The notes under the pieces were generated by a model. The model had not been told where the DNA came from, made no database searches, and saw only the letters and a program-made list of their open reading frames with translations. Below, in pieces: positions 39,942 to 52,110 of a DNA stretch of 64,000 nt. The stretch comes from Opitutales bacterium. Its GTDB lineage: Bacteria > Verrucomicrobiota > Verrucomicrobiia > Opitutales > PNEW01. Positions within the stretch are counted from its first letter, which is position 1. Every line of letters begins with the position of its first letter. Made by a program: the position numbers and the translations under genes. Location of the stretch: positions 1,760,001 to 1,824,000 of the forward strand of contig CBDANS010000007.1 in assembly GCA_965197745.1 (NCBI GenBank), read 5' to 3'.

Positions 39942-40087
39942 GATAAATACTCTCCATTTAAATTACCTATCTGTGTTATTAATGAGAAGCTGGATGGCGC
40001 AATTAAAATTTCAGTTAAATTGCCTATATCTTCCCCTCTCAATCTTTAATTGAGGAGAATTAAGTTCAGGCATCCTGAGAAAATCGT

Positions 40088-41137
40088 TTAATTCGATAAA
40101 ATCTCAGCAACCTTTTCTATTAATTCTGCGCAGCGACAACTGTATCCCCATTCGTTATCGTACCAACTAATTAATTTAAAGAATCGGCTATTGAGCTCGA
40201 TCCCGGATCCTGCGTCAAATATGGAAGAGGCAGGGTCATGAATGAAGTCTGTGGAAACCACTTCGTCTTCGGTATAGACCAGAATCCCCTGCAACGGGCC
40301 TTCTGCTGCTGCTTTCATTTTATCGCATATTTGCGTATACGAAGTTTCTTTAACTGTTTTTACAGTGAGGTCGACCACCGATACGGTCGGTGTAGGGACG
40401 CGAAATGACATGCCGGTAAGTTTACCTTTTACTTCCGGTATGACTAAACCAACGGCCTTAGCCGCACCCGTAGTCGCCGGGATAATATTAATGGCCCCAG
40501 CACGGCCCCCTTTCCAGTCTTTACGGGAAGGGCCGTCATTTGTAAATTGCGTTGCCGTGTAGCTGTGAACCGTCGTCATCAACCCTTCGTCTATACCAAA
40601 ATTATCAAGAACAACTTTTGTAATGGGGGCCAGGCAATTAGTGGTGCAGGATGCATTGGATATAATCTCATCATCCGATGTGAGTGAATCATCGTTCACT
40701 CCAATGACTACGGTCTTTACATCTCCTTTAGCGGGAGCTGAGATAATAACTTTTTCAGCGCCAGCTTCGATGTGACCTTTTGCCTGGGTATCCTCAGTGA
40801 AAAGACCGGTTGATTCTAAAACAATCTCTGTGCCTAGCTCTTTCCATGGCATGGCGGCAGGACCGTCTCTTACGGATAGACATTTTATTTTATGCCCATT
40901 GACTACTAAAGTGTCATCTGCTTCTGCCTCAGGAGATGATTTTTCGCTGCTGACAGTTCCCTTGAAACGTCCTTGAACGGAATCATACTTAAGCAAGTAA
41001 GCAAGATTATCAGCAGGAACAAGATCGTTCAACGCAACGACTTCTAATTTCTGGTCGAGTAAATTTTTCTCGATGAGGGCCCGAAAAACGAGTCGCCCAA
41101 TACGGCCAAAACCATTAATTGCAATTTTTACTGCCAT
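40088..41137 (-). CDS. gap: Glyceraldehyde-3-phosphate dehydrogenase (type I)
   Basis: [21 protein letters not shown] and WYDNEWGYS motifs. Confidence 0.98.
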   Translation of the reverse strand: MAVKIAINGFGRIGRLVFRALIEKNLLDQKLEVVALNDLVPADNLAYLLKYDSVQGRFKGTVSSEKSSPEAEADDTLVVNGHKIKCLSVRDGPAAMPWKELGTEIVLESTGLFTEDTQAKGHIEAGAEKVIISAPAKGDVKTVVIGVNDDSLTSDDEIISNASCTTNCLAPITKVVLDNFGIDEGLMTTVHSYTATQFTNDGPSRKDWKGGRAGAINIIPATTGAAKAVGLVIPEVKGKLTGMSFRVPTPTVSVVDLTVKTVKETSYTQICDKMKAAAEGPLQGILVYTEDEVVSTDFIHDPASSIFDAGSGIELNSRFFKLISWYDNEWGYSCRCAELIEKVAEILSN

Positions 41138-41308
41138 CGTTCTCTTTTATAAATACCAATTGTTATATTCTGATCCCCTGATTTATTTATAATGAACGGA
41201 CAAAAAAACTTACTCCTCTACTTTTGGCAAGCGTCATTTACTCCTGAAGTAAGAATTCTTCTAATTGGGTCCTCGTCAAATTAATATCCCTTTCAGAGAG
41301 GATATCAG

Positions 41309-43738
41309 CTAAAAATGTTCTACCCATAACCCACAGCTTAATGGGGGCATGATTAGCTCTCTCCCTGAGAATTCAATTGTTGCCTTCAGCATTCCGTTTT
41401 CGTCAATACATTCGTGGTCAGCTATTTGCAATAATTTTGAAAAATCTAAACCCTCGGACGTAATTTTTACTGGCTGCATGTGAGGATTGATGGCAAATAA
41501 AATCCTCTCTGCATCGTAACTGAAATCCGCATTGTAGAGCGTGGCGACAGAAGTAAATTCTCTATTTGCGAAAAATTTAAAATATGCAGGTCTGGGACGA
41601 TCTCCGAGGCGAAATAATTTACCTCTATCGCTGAGGCGAAAATGTATCCACTGACGAAAATAATTATGGGTCTCTGAATATACTACTGCTCGCTGGTAAT
41701 CTATGGCGTTTAGATCTCCCTCCCGGTATGTATTCTTGTGGCCCCTCTTCGAGTGTAACATATCCTGACCTGAAGCAAGCATGGGAATACCCAATGAGCA
41801 CATTAGAATAGAGATCATAAGATGAGTCCGCCTGCGATCATTGGGAGTCGGTTCGTGTCCGTCGTGTTTCGGATTTTCCGTAATACTATCTATCCAGCAA
41901 TAATCATCATGAGAAGCGAGATAATTGACCGATTGGGCCGGCCAATTGGCGTGATAATCAAGTGAACCTGCAAGGTAATAGCGAATGCCCTTTTGACTAC
42001 CTTGCCCTAGAAGGTATCCTTTTATAAAATCGCGATAACCATCATTCCAAAACGCATAACCTGTATTTTTAAGGGGGCGGGCAATATGGCCGCGAAAACT
42101 CCATGGCTCAGCGATGAGGATAATAGAGGGTTTAATTCTTTTTAATTCCCGCTCTATTTCTTTGAGTGTTTTTATCCCCAGTAACTCGGCCAAATCAAAA
42201 CGAAATCCATCCACATCATAAATTTCAACAAGATGTGTGAGGCTATCGATAATTAACCTGCGCACCATAGGTGAGTTACAACGCAATGTGTTACCCGTGC
42301 CGCTCCAGTTCGTGAATTCACCATTCCAGTCGAGATCAAAATAATAATATTTATCTATATATTTGAGATGATTAGGTTCGCCTACATGGTTAAATACGAC
42401 ATCGATTATTACCGCCAGCTCCTGGGCGTGAAAGGTTTTTACCAAAGATTGAAACTCTTCAATTTGCGAACCTCTAAGGGGATCACTGGCATAACTGCTT
42501 GCAGGTGAAAAGAAACTAACCGGCATATATCCCCAATGATACTGGGTGGGATCATATCCATCGAATTCGAGGATTGGTTGTAATTCTACTGCATTAATCC
42601 CAAGTTTTTTAAAATAATTATCGTCCCTTTGCAGCCATTTACTAAGTCCCTTAAACCCTAGGCGGTCTTTATCTTCTAATTCAATAGGCGCGTTGTGCAT
42701 GATGTCACGAAGATGGGCTTCGACAATCACCAGATCATGCCAAGAGGGGGGATTAAATACTGTTTCCGGTTTTTTAATCTTATTCTTTTCCCATATAATA
42801 GCGGATTCTGCAGGACCCGTGGTGACGATAGCATAAGGATCAAGAATCTTGAATGATGAGTCAAAATGGGTGTATGGATTAATCCTATCACCAGCTGCCT
42901 GGTAATAATAATAGTAGCCCTGTAGATTTTCGGGGTAACTCTCCTCCCATACATTTCCATCAATTTTCTTCATATTCAGTGACTGTCGATCTGATTTATC
43001 CGGGTTTCGATAAAAGGTAACGGTTACCTGGCGCGCTCGTGGAGCAAACAAGCGAAACACTGTTTTCTCACCTTCGATAAGAACTCCCAGAGTCGAATCA
43101 GAATTTACTTTTTGATAAAATATACCTGGTGAAATAGACGCGACTTCTTCATAATCCCCTTCTGCCCACATCACCTGAGTTTCAGTGTCAGCTATCATCT
43201 GATGGGGCAATGAAAACCTGAAGAGGTGATGGCCTGTTCGTATTGGATCTATTTCATAATTCAAGGACATATTGTTCACGAGAACCGAATTTGATGCTTC
43301 CGCGGGAACTTCCTGCCACTGCCGGTCGTCTGTTACAAATTTGAAATTTGCGGGTTTCTTTTCGTAAACAAGATTACTGCGAACCTTCAATTGATAGTAA
43401 GTTTTTTCAACCTTTTTAGAGGCGTTCATTCTCCATTGCTTGTCCCCTATCGCCTTGGACCAACCATTGAAGTCACCTGCCACATACAGGGGGAGACTTT
43501 CCACGTCCAGATTCTGATAGCGATCTGGATCGAAAATAAATGTTGTCCATTGGTTTTCGGAGTAAAAGGCGCATAAATCAGCATTCTTTTGCGGCGGCGT
43601 TTTTTTCAGTTTATGAAGAGGGGTTCGCATTGGATATAAATATAAGGGGGGTAACTCATGGCTCTTCCAATCGCTTGATAATTCGACCATCCCGGACTCA
43701 TTATCAATCCAGTAAGCCGATATAATTTTATTTTTCAC
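41309..43738 (-). CDS. GH13 pullulanase/isoamylase-like debranching enzyme with CBM48-like N-terminal domains
   Basis: YVAGDFNGW, FRLFAPRA, YHWGY, DVVFNH, DGFRFDL, AEPW and SHDD motifs. Confidence 0.88.
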   Translation of the reverse strand: MKNKIISAYWIDNESGMVELSSDWKSHELPPLYLYPMRTPLHKLKKTPPQKNADLCAFYSENQWTTFIFDPDRYQNLDVESLPLYVAGDFNGWSKAIGDKQWRMNASKKVEKTYYQLKVRSNLVYEKKPANFKFVTDDRQWQEVPAEASNSVLVNNMSLNYEIDPIRTGHHLFRFSLPHQMIADTETQVMWAEGDYEEVASISPGIFYQKVNSDSTLGVLIEGEKTVFRLFAPRARQVTVTFYRNPDKSDRQSLNMKKIDGNVWEESYPENLQGYYYYYQAAGDRINPYTHFDSSFKILDPYAIVTTGPAESAIIWEKNKIKKPETVFNPPSWHDLVIVEAHLRDIMHNAPIELEDKDRLGFKGLSKWLQRDDNYFKKLGINAVELQPILEFDGYDPTQYHWGYMPVSFFSPASSYASDPLRGSQIEEFQSLVKTFHAQELAVIIDVVFNHVGEPNHLKYIDKYYYFDLDWNGEFTNWSGTGNTLRCNSPMVRRLIIDSLTHLVEIYDVDGFRFDLAELLGIKTLKEIERELKRIKPSIILIAEPWSFRGHIARPLKNTGYAFWNDGYRDFIKGYLLGQGSQKGIRYYLAGSLDYHANWPAQSVNYLASHDDYCWIDSITENPKHDGHEPTPNDRRRTHLMISILMCSLGIPMLASGQDMLHSKRGHKNTYREGDLNAIDYQRAVVYSETHNYFRQWIHFRLSDRGKLFRLGDRPRPAYFKFFANREFTSVATLYNADFSYDAERILFAINPHMQPVKITSEGLDFSKLLQIADHECIDENGMLKATIEFSGRELIMPPLSCGLWVEHF

Positions 43739-43852
43739 AATACTTTAAATTAATGCCCGCCCCGGAATTCAAGGTGAGGGGAAATATTAATTATTAGTTC
43801 TTGATATTATTTGGATCAATTTATTGTTTAAAACTTAATCAATCTATTTCAA

Positions 43853-44923
43853 ATGAAGAAAATTCTGGTTGCCATGTCAGGTGGCGTAGATAGCAGTGTT
43901 GCCGCTCTCTTATTAAAACAAGAGGGATATCTTGTCTCTGCTGCGTATATGAAAAATTGGATAAACGAAGAAAATATATTTAGTGATTGTCCGTGGCAAC
44001 AAGATATAGATGATGCACGCGCGGCAGCTGATATAATAGGAGTTGATTTTCAAGTGATTAATTTCATTAAAGAATATCACACCCATGTAGTAAGTTATCT
44101 CGTAGATGGTTACCGGAAAGGATTTACTCCCAATCCTGATGTGATGTGTAACCGTAAGATGAAATTTGGTCTATTTTTAGATTATGCTTTAAATCATGGC
44201 TATTCCGCCATTGGAACAGGTCACTACAGCCGAATTAAAAATAACGCCGATGGCAGCATCGATATCCTCGAGGGTGTTGATAAAAATAAAGACCAGTCTT
44301 ATTTTCTATCGATGCTTAATCAACACCAACTAAAGCATGCTCAATTCCCTATTGGTCATCTGGAAAAAAAGGAAGTGCGTGAAATCGCCCGTCGTGAAAA
44401 ATTGCCTAATGCCGATAAAAAGGACAGCCAGGGGATATGTTTCATTGGTAAAGTAAATATCAATATATTTTTAGAACACTATCTACCGGAAAACCCAGGT
44501 GAAATTATAAATACTGATCAGACGATAATCGGACGACACCGGGGTTTACATCGATACACACTGGGGCAGAGAAAGGGCATAGGGATACCATCAAACACCG
44601 ATCATAAAAATTATGTAGTCGTAGGTAAGGATCTCGCTCATAATCGATTAATAGTTGCTTTTGACGAAGAAGAAGCCGCTGGCCTGTATACGAAAAGGAT
44701 AAAAGTGCATTCATTGAGTTTTACAAACTATAGCTTAAAGAAGGAAGCCCTATGCCTTGCTAAACCGCGTTACCGCGATCCATCCCAAGGCATTATATTC
44801 AAGGAGCAGAGGAAAAGCGAAGCACAGATTATCTTCGAGCGAGCACAGCGCGCATTGGCTCCGGGTCAGATCGTGGCTTTATACGATGGCGAAAAACTGC
44901 TGGGTGGCGGAATATATCATTGA
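43853..44923 (+). CDS. mnmA: tRNA-specific 2-thiouridylase
   Basis: AMSGGVDSS, TPNPDVMCN, KDQSYFL, KKDSQGICF and YTLGQRKG motifs. Confidence 0.97.
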   Translation: MKKILVAMSGGVDSSVAALLLKQEGYLVSAAYMKNWINEENIFSDCPWQQDIDDARAAADIIGVDFQVINFIKEYHTHVVSYLVDGYRKGFTPNPDVMCNRKMKFGLFLDYALNHGYSAIGTGHYSRIKNNADGSIDILEGVDKNKDQSYFLSMLNQHQLKHAQFPIGHLEKKEVREIARREKLPNADKKDSQGICFIGKVNINIFLEHYLPENPGEIINTDQTIIGRHRGLHRYTLGQRKGIGIPSNTDHKNYVVVGKDLAHNRLIVAFDEEEAAGLYTKRIKVHSLSFTNYSLKKEALCLAKPRYRDPSQGIIFKEQRKSEAQIIFERAQRALAPGQIVALYDGEKLLGGGIYH

Positions 44924-44972
44924 AAAGATAATCTGGTAGCCTATATTATTTTGTCCCTGGTCGATCTTCAAT

Positions 44973-46733
44973 TTAGGAATTTTTTTGAAGAGCATATTCT
45001 TTATGCAGTAAATTAAGATCTTCCATGTCGGGTGGCACTGTAGCAATGGCTTCTTCCAGTGAGGTTAATCCCGCCGCAACTTTTTTCATGCTATCCTGGT
45101 GCAAGGTGGACATTCCATTGACAACCGCAATGCGCTTAATTTCTGCAGTTTCCGCTTCATCATTAATCCCCTTAACTAATGCTTCACTCGTGGCCATTAC
45201 TTCGTGAATTCCAATCCGACCTTTAAAACTTGATCTTCCACAGCTTGGGCAACCCTCTGGGTTAGGTTTAAAGATCTGTCCATCGTATTTTATTGCTTCA
45301 TAAATAATATTCGCTTCATTCCCCTCCGGCGAGAATGATTGTTTACAGTTTTTACACAATCGTCGAATTAACCTTTGGGCGCAGACACAAAGAAGTGATG
45401 TCGAGATCATAAATGGAACAACATCTAACTCAGTGAGTCGTGAAATAGTACTGGGAGCATCGTTTGTGTGAAGCGTACTGAAAAGCATATGGCCGGTAAG
45501 GGCTGCCTCTGTCGCTATGGAGGCAGTCTCTTTATCTCGAATTTCACCAACAAGAATGATATCCGGATCTTGTCTTAAGAAAGCACGGAGGGCTAAAGCA
45601 ATGGTAAGCCCTATTTTTCTATTCATCTGCATTTGCAAGAGCCCAGGTAAGGTATATTCAATTGGGTCTTCTGCGGTGCGAATACAGCGATCGGGAGTGT
45701 TAATCTCAATTAAAGCTGAGTAGAGGGTCATTGATTTCCCCGAGCCCGTTGGACCGCAGTGAAGTATCATCCCATAGGGGCGTTTTATGAGCTCACTATA
45801 AGTCTCCATATTTCCAGGTTCAAATCCCAGGGATGTTAATGGCAGGGTGCTTTTCTGCTTGTCGAGAATACGCATAACTACACCTTCCCCATAATTTAGG
45901 GGTGCCGTAGATACACGTAAGTCGATGTCGATATCTTTTTTCGTATACTGCTTGAAGACAATACGCCCATCTTGAGGAAGTCGTTTCTCTGCAATATCGA
46001 GATTTGACATTATCTTAATACGGGCCACCAGCCCATTTAACACTTTGAACGGCAAACTCAGTATTTCATTGCATTTCCCATCAATTCGAACCCGCACAAG
46101 AGTAAATTCCTCGAATGGTTGAATATGAATATCACTCGCGCCCGAATAATAGGCATCTTCGATAATTCGATTGGCCAATTGAACGATGGGGGCTGATTCC
46201 TCTTCGAGATCAGCTTCGGTGAGGTCACCGTCCTCGCTCTCGAAATCCATGTCCAGGGCGTCAACAACATCGCCAAATCCTAAGCTTTTCGACATCACTT
46301 CTTTTTCTTCGAGGAATGTATTTATATCACTTTCCAGAGCTAAAAGAGGTGACACTTTAAGTTTTGTCATATCTTGGATTTTATTGATCACATTGAGATT
46401 AAATGGGTCCGCTAAAGCGATAACCATAAAATCACCTGCCTGTCCCACCGGGAGTATTTTATTTTCTCGACATATATCCATATCAAGTTTTTCAAATGTG
46501 GTTTCATCCCGCTCATAATTTTTGGCATTAAAGGGGGTAAGATCAAAAGCTTTGCTTTCAGCGACAAGTATTTGAAATTCAGTAAGGTTATAGTCATTCA
46601 TAAGAAGACTTTCCAATGCTTCTCCGGATAAATCATGAGGAGAATTTTTAATCTCACTGGTTTGATCTTCGGTCAACCGTCCCAGATCACCCAGCTTATT
46701 AATGATTCTGGTCTGAATTCGCGCTAATGGCAT
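44973..46733 (-). CDS. PilB/GspE-family assembly ATPase
   Basis: [28 protein letters not shown] and tetracysteine CKNC...CPSC motifs. Confidence 0.94.
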   Translation of the reverse strand: MPLARIQTRIINKLGDLGRLTEDQTSEIKNSPHDLSGEALESLLMNDYNLTEFQILVAESKAFDLTPFNAKNYERDETTFEKLDMDICRENKILPVGQAGDFMVIALADPFNLNVINKIQDMTKLKVSPLLALESDINTFLEEKEVMSKSLGFGDVVDALDMDFESEDGDLTEADLEEESAPIVQLANRIIEDAYYSGASDIHIQPFEEFTLVRVRIDGKCNEILSLPFKVLNGLVARIKIMSNLDIAEKRLPQDGRIVFKQYTKKDIDIDLRVSTAPLNYGEGVVMRILDKQKSTLPLTSLGFEPGNMETYSELIKRPYGMILHCGPTGSGKSMTLYSALIEINTPDRCIRTAEDPIEYTLPGLLQMQMNRKIGLTIALALRAFLRQDPDIILVGEIRDKETASIATEAALTGHMLFSTLHTNDAPSTISRLTELDVVPFMISTSLLCVCAQRLIRRLCKNCKQSFSPEGNEANIIYEAIKYDGQIFKPNPEGCPSCGRSSFKGRIGIHEVMATSEALVKGINDEAETAEIKRIAVVNGMSTLHQDSMKKVAAGLTSLEEAIATVPPDMEDLNLLHKEYALQKNS

Positions 46734-46741
46734 CTCACTGA

Positions 46742-47260
46742 TTAATTAAGGGCGACTGCTCTCTCGGTTTCGTTGCGATCTCTGCGTTTCTTCAACGAAT
46801 CCAGTTTGCTGCTAAGACGGTTAAAATGACTTACATACCAGATGATGTCTCCGTCCAGAGATTCCTCCCAAAATTTTCTCACGGCAGGACTTAAATAGTA
46901 GGCACTGGAAACAAACCAAAATCCGGAAATACAATCGATGGGCATTGACCAGGTGGATAGACAATCGTTAAAATTGATCTGCTCCAATACTTCTTCGGAG
47001 ATATTGTATTTATCCAAGTCACAGTAACCGAGACCAAATTCCTCAATTTGATAATTAAGCAAATCTTCCTCCTTAAGTTTCTCTACATCATATAAAAGAA
47101 TCTTAAGAATGGATGCATCTTGGGGATCTTCTGAACGAAGTTTTTCAAGAAAATGAGAATTGGCCGTTTCCAAATCTTCCAGGTCGATAATGTTCGAATC
47201 GACAATTTTCGCCCCAAACATTCGATTCGCTTTGATTAATAAATTTTGACCATTTCTCAT
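46742..47260 (-). CDS. Hypothetical protein resembling a stand-alone MshEN/GspE N-terminal domain
   Basis: [21 protein letters not shown] resembles a degenerate MshEN motif; lies 8 bp upstream of the PilB-like gene. Confidence 0.55.
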   Translation of the reverse strand: MRNGQNLLIKANRMFGAKIVDSNIIDLEDLETANSHFLEKLRSEDPQDASILKILLYDVEKLKEEDLLNYQIEEFGLGYCDLDKYNISEEVLEQINFNDCLSTWSMPIDCISGFWFVSSAYYLSPAVRKFWEESLDGDIIWYVSHFNRLSSKLDSLKKRRDRNETERAVALN

Positions 47261-47373
47261 AGTCTATATTTTATCTTTTTAGATCCAATTAGACAATAGA
47301 GCCTAATCCCCAATTACCGTTAATAATATGTAAAAGTGATCGTCTCTGAAGTTTGTATTGCATTCTCCAATTG

Positions 47374-48768
47374 TTATATCAATGCCTGCGAAACCTCTTC
47401 CTCAAGAATTTCTGGATACAATAAATCAAGATCATTTAAGGTCATATCATTTTCAATTAAATCAGGATTTTCTCCTATGGCAATGAGTGCCGCTTTAGCA
47501 TTACCACCAATTATATCTTTAAGGGCGGAAAGGTACCCTGCCTGTTTTTGCTGCAGATACTGGGGGAGATGAGGTGAATAAAGATATCGATCTATCTTGC
47601 TTCCGTTGCGTCGCAATATTCTTTTTAAATCGGCGCTCTTCACTTTGCCTGGGTGTCCTGTAATTACTGCATTTCGTAGAGTATTTACGAGTTCGACAAA
47701 GTTACCGGGCCATTGATAAGTGAGAAGAAACCCCACTGCTCCGAAACTGAGGGTTTTCTTTTCTGGACGTTTCTCCTTTTCAGCATAAAACGCGAGATAC
47801 CGTGACGTGAACAACGCGAGGTCAGTAATTCTCTCTCTTAGTGGGGGAATATTTATAATTTCATTTTTATTGAGAAGCGCTGATAGAGCATCGGTTCTTT
47901 TATTTGCTAGCTTTATAAGTTTGGGAGCATTCAAATTTACTATAAATGTCAGATTGTCGCAGTCATCTGATAGCCCATCTGCAAGTAACTTGATTATCTT
48001 AATCGAGCCGCATAAATCATTTCGAAATACATTTTCCGAATCAATAATGGCAACTACATTGCTAAGTGCCGCATCTGAATTGATTGACTCCAGTAATTTT
48101 ATAGTGTCATGCGAAGGTAATGATGAAGTAGACAGATATAGGGATGGTTTTCCATCGAGAAACTTCGCGAACGACCAGCTCAAATTCTGACCCTGAAGGA
48201 GCATTCACATAGTGAACGTGTTTCTCATTGCTACTGTTCCATAGCATTTGAATAAATTCTCTGGATGAGGAATGAGCATCAGCGAGATAGCTGAGTTCTT
48301 GAGGATAAGTATTCTTTTTATTTTTGCTTTGTTCATTATTCCCTGAGCGCAGCATGCTTGTAACACCCTTATTTTCTTTTATTTGTTTTTTTTCGTCTAT
48401 TAAAGGGAAGGCGTACTTTCTGACATGATTGATAAAGTTTTGAGTATCGAAAGGTTTTTCCAAAACCACGGAAACCCCGATATTAGCTACTTTAACAAGT
48501 TCTGGAGTGTTCATGTGTCCAGAGATCATGATCACAGGGATAGATGGATCTATTTTGCGGGCGTGTTCTAAAAATTCGGCTCCTCCCATAACGGGCATAT
48601 TATAATCAGAGATAATGAGTGCATACCTTTTCTCTCTAAAGCTTCTAAAGCTTCCACCGGTTTAGTGATTGTATCCACGCAAAAGTGATGGGCGCACAAC
48701 AAATCGTTGAGCATCGCTGCGTAATTTTCCTCATCATCGAGAACTAATATATCACTGCTCAACATCAT
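47374..48768 (-). pseudogene. Receiver + degenerate AAA+ (NtrC-like) regulator broken by two frameshifts
   Basis: Three overlapping ORFs join into one protein: ILVLDDE...ERK | YALIISDYNMP (shift near 48626) and ...VSRWK | PSLYLS (shift near 48148), then IPPLRER and WPGNFVEL. Confidence 0.8.
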
Positions 48769-49450
48769 TTTTGCCTAGAGTGCTATTAAAAAATTGTCAG
48801 GTATGAACCTACTTCAGCAGACAGTTTGCTCCCCATGTGTGTGTAATTTTCATGTTCATTAAATTTGTTTGTTCAGGTATATTTATTCTTTCTTCTTAAT
48901 AATAATGGACGATATACTCCTTAATTGAAGTGGTGTTCTGATTAGCGATGTATTTATTGTAAACCCTGTCAAAAAATTCACAGGTTATTTTATACAAGTC
49001 ATTAGGCAAGATAAGACAAGTATAGTGAGAAGTATTTACCTTCTCTTTACATGCTGATTGGCAATGAATCTGAGTTAATATAGTGCCGAAACTGCGTTAC
49101 CAAAAATTAAAATATTGTAACAATACAAGGCAACTGGATTATTATCCAAATACTACATCTTATCAACGCATGAGAATAAAATAAACGTGCCGATTGGTTT
49201 TATAAATTTTCCCGTAATACTTGAAGTCCCCCGTTCTATCTTCATAAAAAATTTACATCAGAATTCACTTATTAACATCTCTTTTACATGCTAAAACAAT
49301 TCGCCCCGTTCAATTACAGAATATTAAATCAGAACTAATGAATTATATAAACTTACTCTGACTTCGGGGTGACGAAAGAGGAGGCTTAACTCCCACCGGC
49401 ACAGCAAAATGATGCAGGGAAATAAATATCACCCGCAGAATATGCGGTAA

Positions 49451-50752
49451 TCAATTATGGAGACAATTAATGAGTGCTTCAATTTTTTCAATTCGAAGCC
49501 CCAAAACTCTTGCTGTCTTATTGACATTCCCTCCGCAAAGATGAAGGACAGCCTGTAAATATTCATCGCGCGCGTCGCGCAAGTGACTTTCAAGTTGTTG
49601 AAATATAACCCGTGGTTCTTCACCGTTTAATTCATGGGTCAAATGTAAATCATCGTAAGATATTGTTGCTCCTTGAGAATAGCGAATCGCTGCTTTAATG
49701 GTTTGTTTCAACTCTAAATTATTTTCATCCCAATTTAGATTTTCAAGGTAGTCTAATCCTTTAGGTTCGATAATTAAAACTACCTCATACCCCTTTTCTT
49801 TAACCACATTATAAATAATTTGCTCGGTTAAAATTGCAATATCTTCCCGGCATTGGCGCAGAGGAGGAACGTGCACTTCGGTGGTCCCTAAAAAAATATA
49901 AAGATTTTCATCTATCAGACCTTGGTCATATAATGCATCAATATCTTGGCGCAAAGAATAGACAAATCGGATATGCGCCTTTAAATCATGAAATGGCTTC
50001 TCCCTGTTGGCTATTTTTAAAATGATTTCGGTTTTATATGAGTCCAAATGTTCTATGTCCATAACGGCAACGGTAATACGTTCTACCCTTTCTGCTTCTT
50101 TAATCTTTATGGTTTCAATAAGTTTCGAATCTTCAAAATTGTCATCGCACAAGTAAATTAATTCTTCTTTTAGACCTTCAGCAAATCCACATATATCCTC
50201 ACAGATTTCCTTAAAGGGAACCCCTTTTTCACCAATTATCATCAGATTTGATTTAAAATTTCTTATCGCAAAAAGTTTCTTGGCAAAGGCTGCGGATTTG
50301 ACAGCTCTACAGGGATAAGATCTGAACTTAAACCCGAGAGAGTTATTAAACTTCGGTCCCGAAGTTTCGGTAACTAGCTCTTTTTCACCGTTTACCGAAT
50401 TTCCCAATAATTCAGCTGTTCTTTTCAGGAGAGAAAAAATATTCAGTGGTTTTAGAAAAATTCCGTTTACCCCATTATTGATGAGCTCGCGAATGGTATC
50501 ATGCTCTAAGAAACCCGAAACCATAATGATCGGCATATTTTCATGGATGCTTCTAATCTTGCGAAAGAACTCGAGACCGGAGAGATGGGGCATGCGCTGA
50601 TCGGTAACGATGAGATCAACGGGTTCTTCTTTTACAATATCCAGCGCTTGTTTTGGATCGTGAGAGGAAATGACTTCATAATCAGCATGTGTAAATACAT
50701 CTGTTAATAGAGTATTAAAATCTGCGTCATCATCTAATATTAATATCTTCAT
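49451..50752 (-). CDS. Receiver + degenerate AAA+ + Fis-HTH (NtrC-like) regulator
   Basis: ILDDD/TDQRMP receiver, VPPLRQCREDI and GGNVNKTARVLG HTH. Walker A and GAFTGA are not conserved. Confidence 0.85.
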   Translation of the reverse strand: MKILILDDDADFNTLLTDVFTHADYEVISSHDPKQALDIVKEEPVDLIVTDQRMPHLSGLEFFRKIRSIHENMPIIMVSGFLEHDTIRELINNGVNGIFLKPLNIFSLLKRTAELLGNSVNGEKELVTETSGPKFNNSLGFKFRSYPCRAVKSAAFAKKLFAIRNFKSNLMIIGEKGVPFKEICEDICGFAEGLKEELIYLCDDNFEDSKLIETIKIKEAERVERITVAVMDIEHLDSYKTEIILKIANREKPFHDLKAHIRFVYSLRQDIDALYDQGLIDENLYIFLGTTEVHVPPLRQCREDIAILTEQIIYNVVKEKGYEVVLIIEPKGLDYLENLNWDENNLELKQTIKAAIRYSQGATISYDDLHLTHELNGEEPRVIFQQLESHLRDARDEYLQAVLHLCGGNVNKTARVLGLRIEKIEALINCLHN

Positions 50753-50988
50753 CGAATTTTTATTAATACTCTAAGTTTGGCACTATAATAAATGGCACGA
50801 TTCAATACCTATGTTTAAAATTATATCATTATAATTTTTAGGCAAATCCATATTAGCAATGTCGATGAAATTCAATTCCAGGAGGAAAATCATGTGCGCT
50901 CAGAAATAGGACTCCCCTATGAAGTTATATTTATCGAGATATTATTATCATATTTAATAAGAAACTTTTTTTCCGCATTATGCATTCA

Positions 50989-52050
<1,062 letters not shown>

Positions 52051-52110
52051 TCAGATTTTTAAAATAATATTATATATTATTTTTCTTAATTTATTTAATT
52101 TGATTTATAA

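Noticed and set aside
50881..50909. Strong GGAGG SD followed by ATG on the + strand
   Set aside because: Encodes only MCAQK* and has no downstream gene on that strand.
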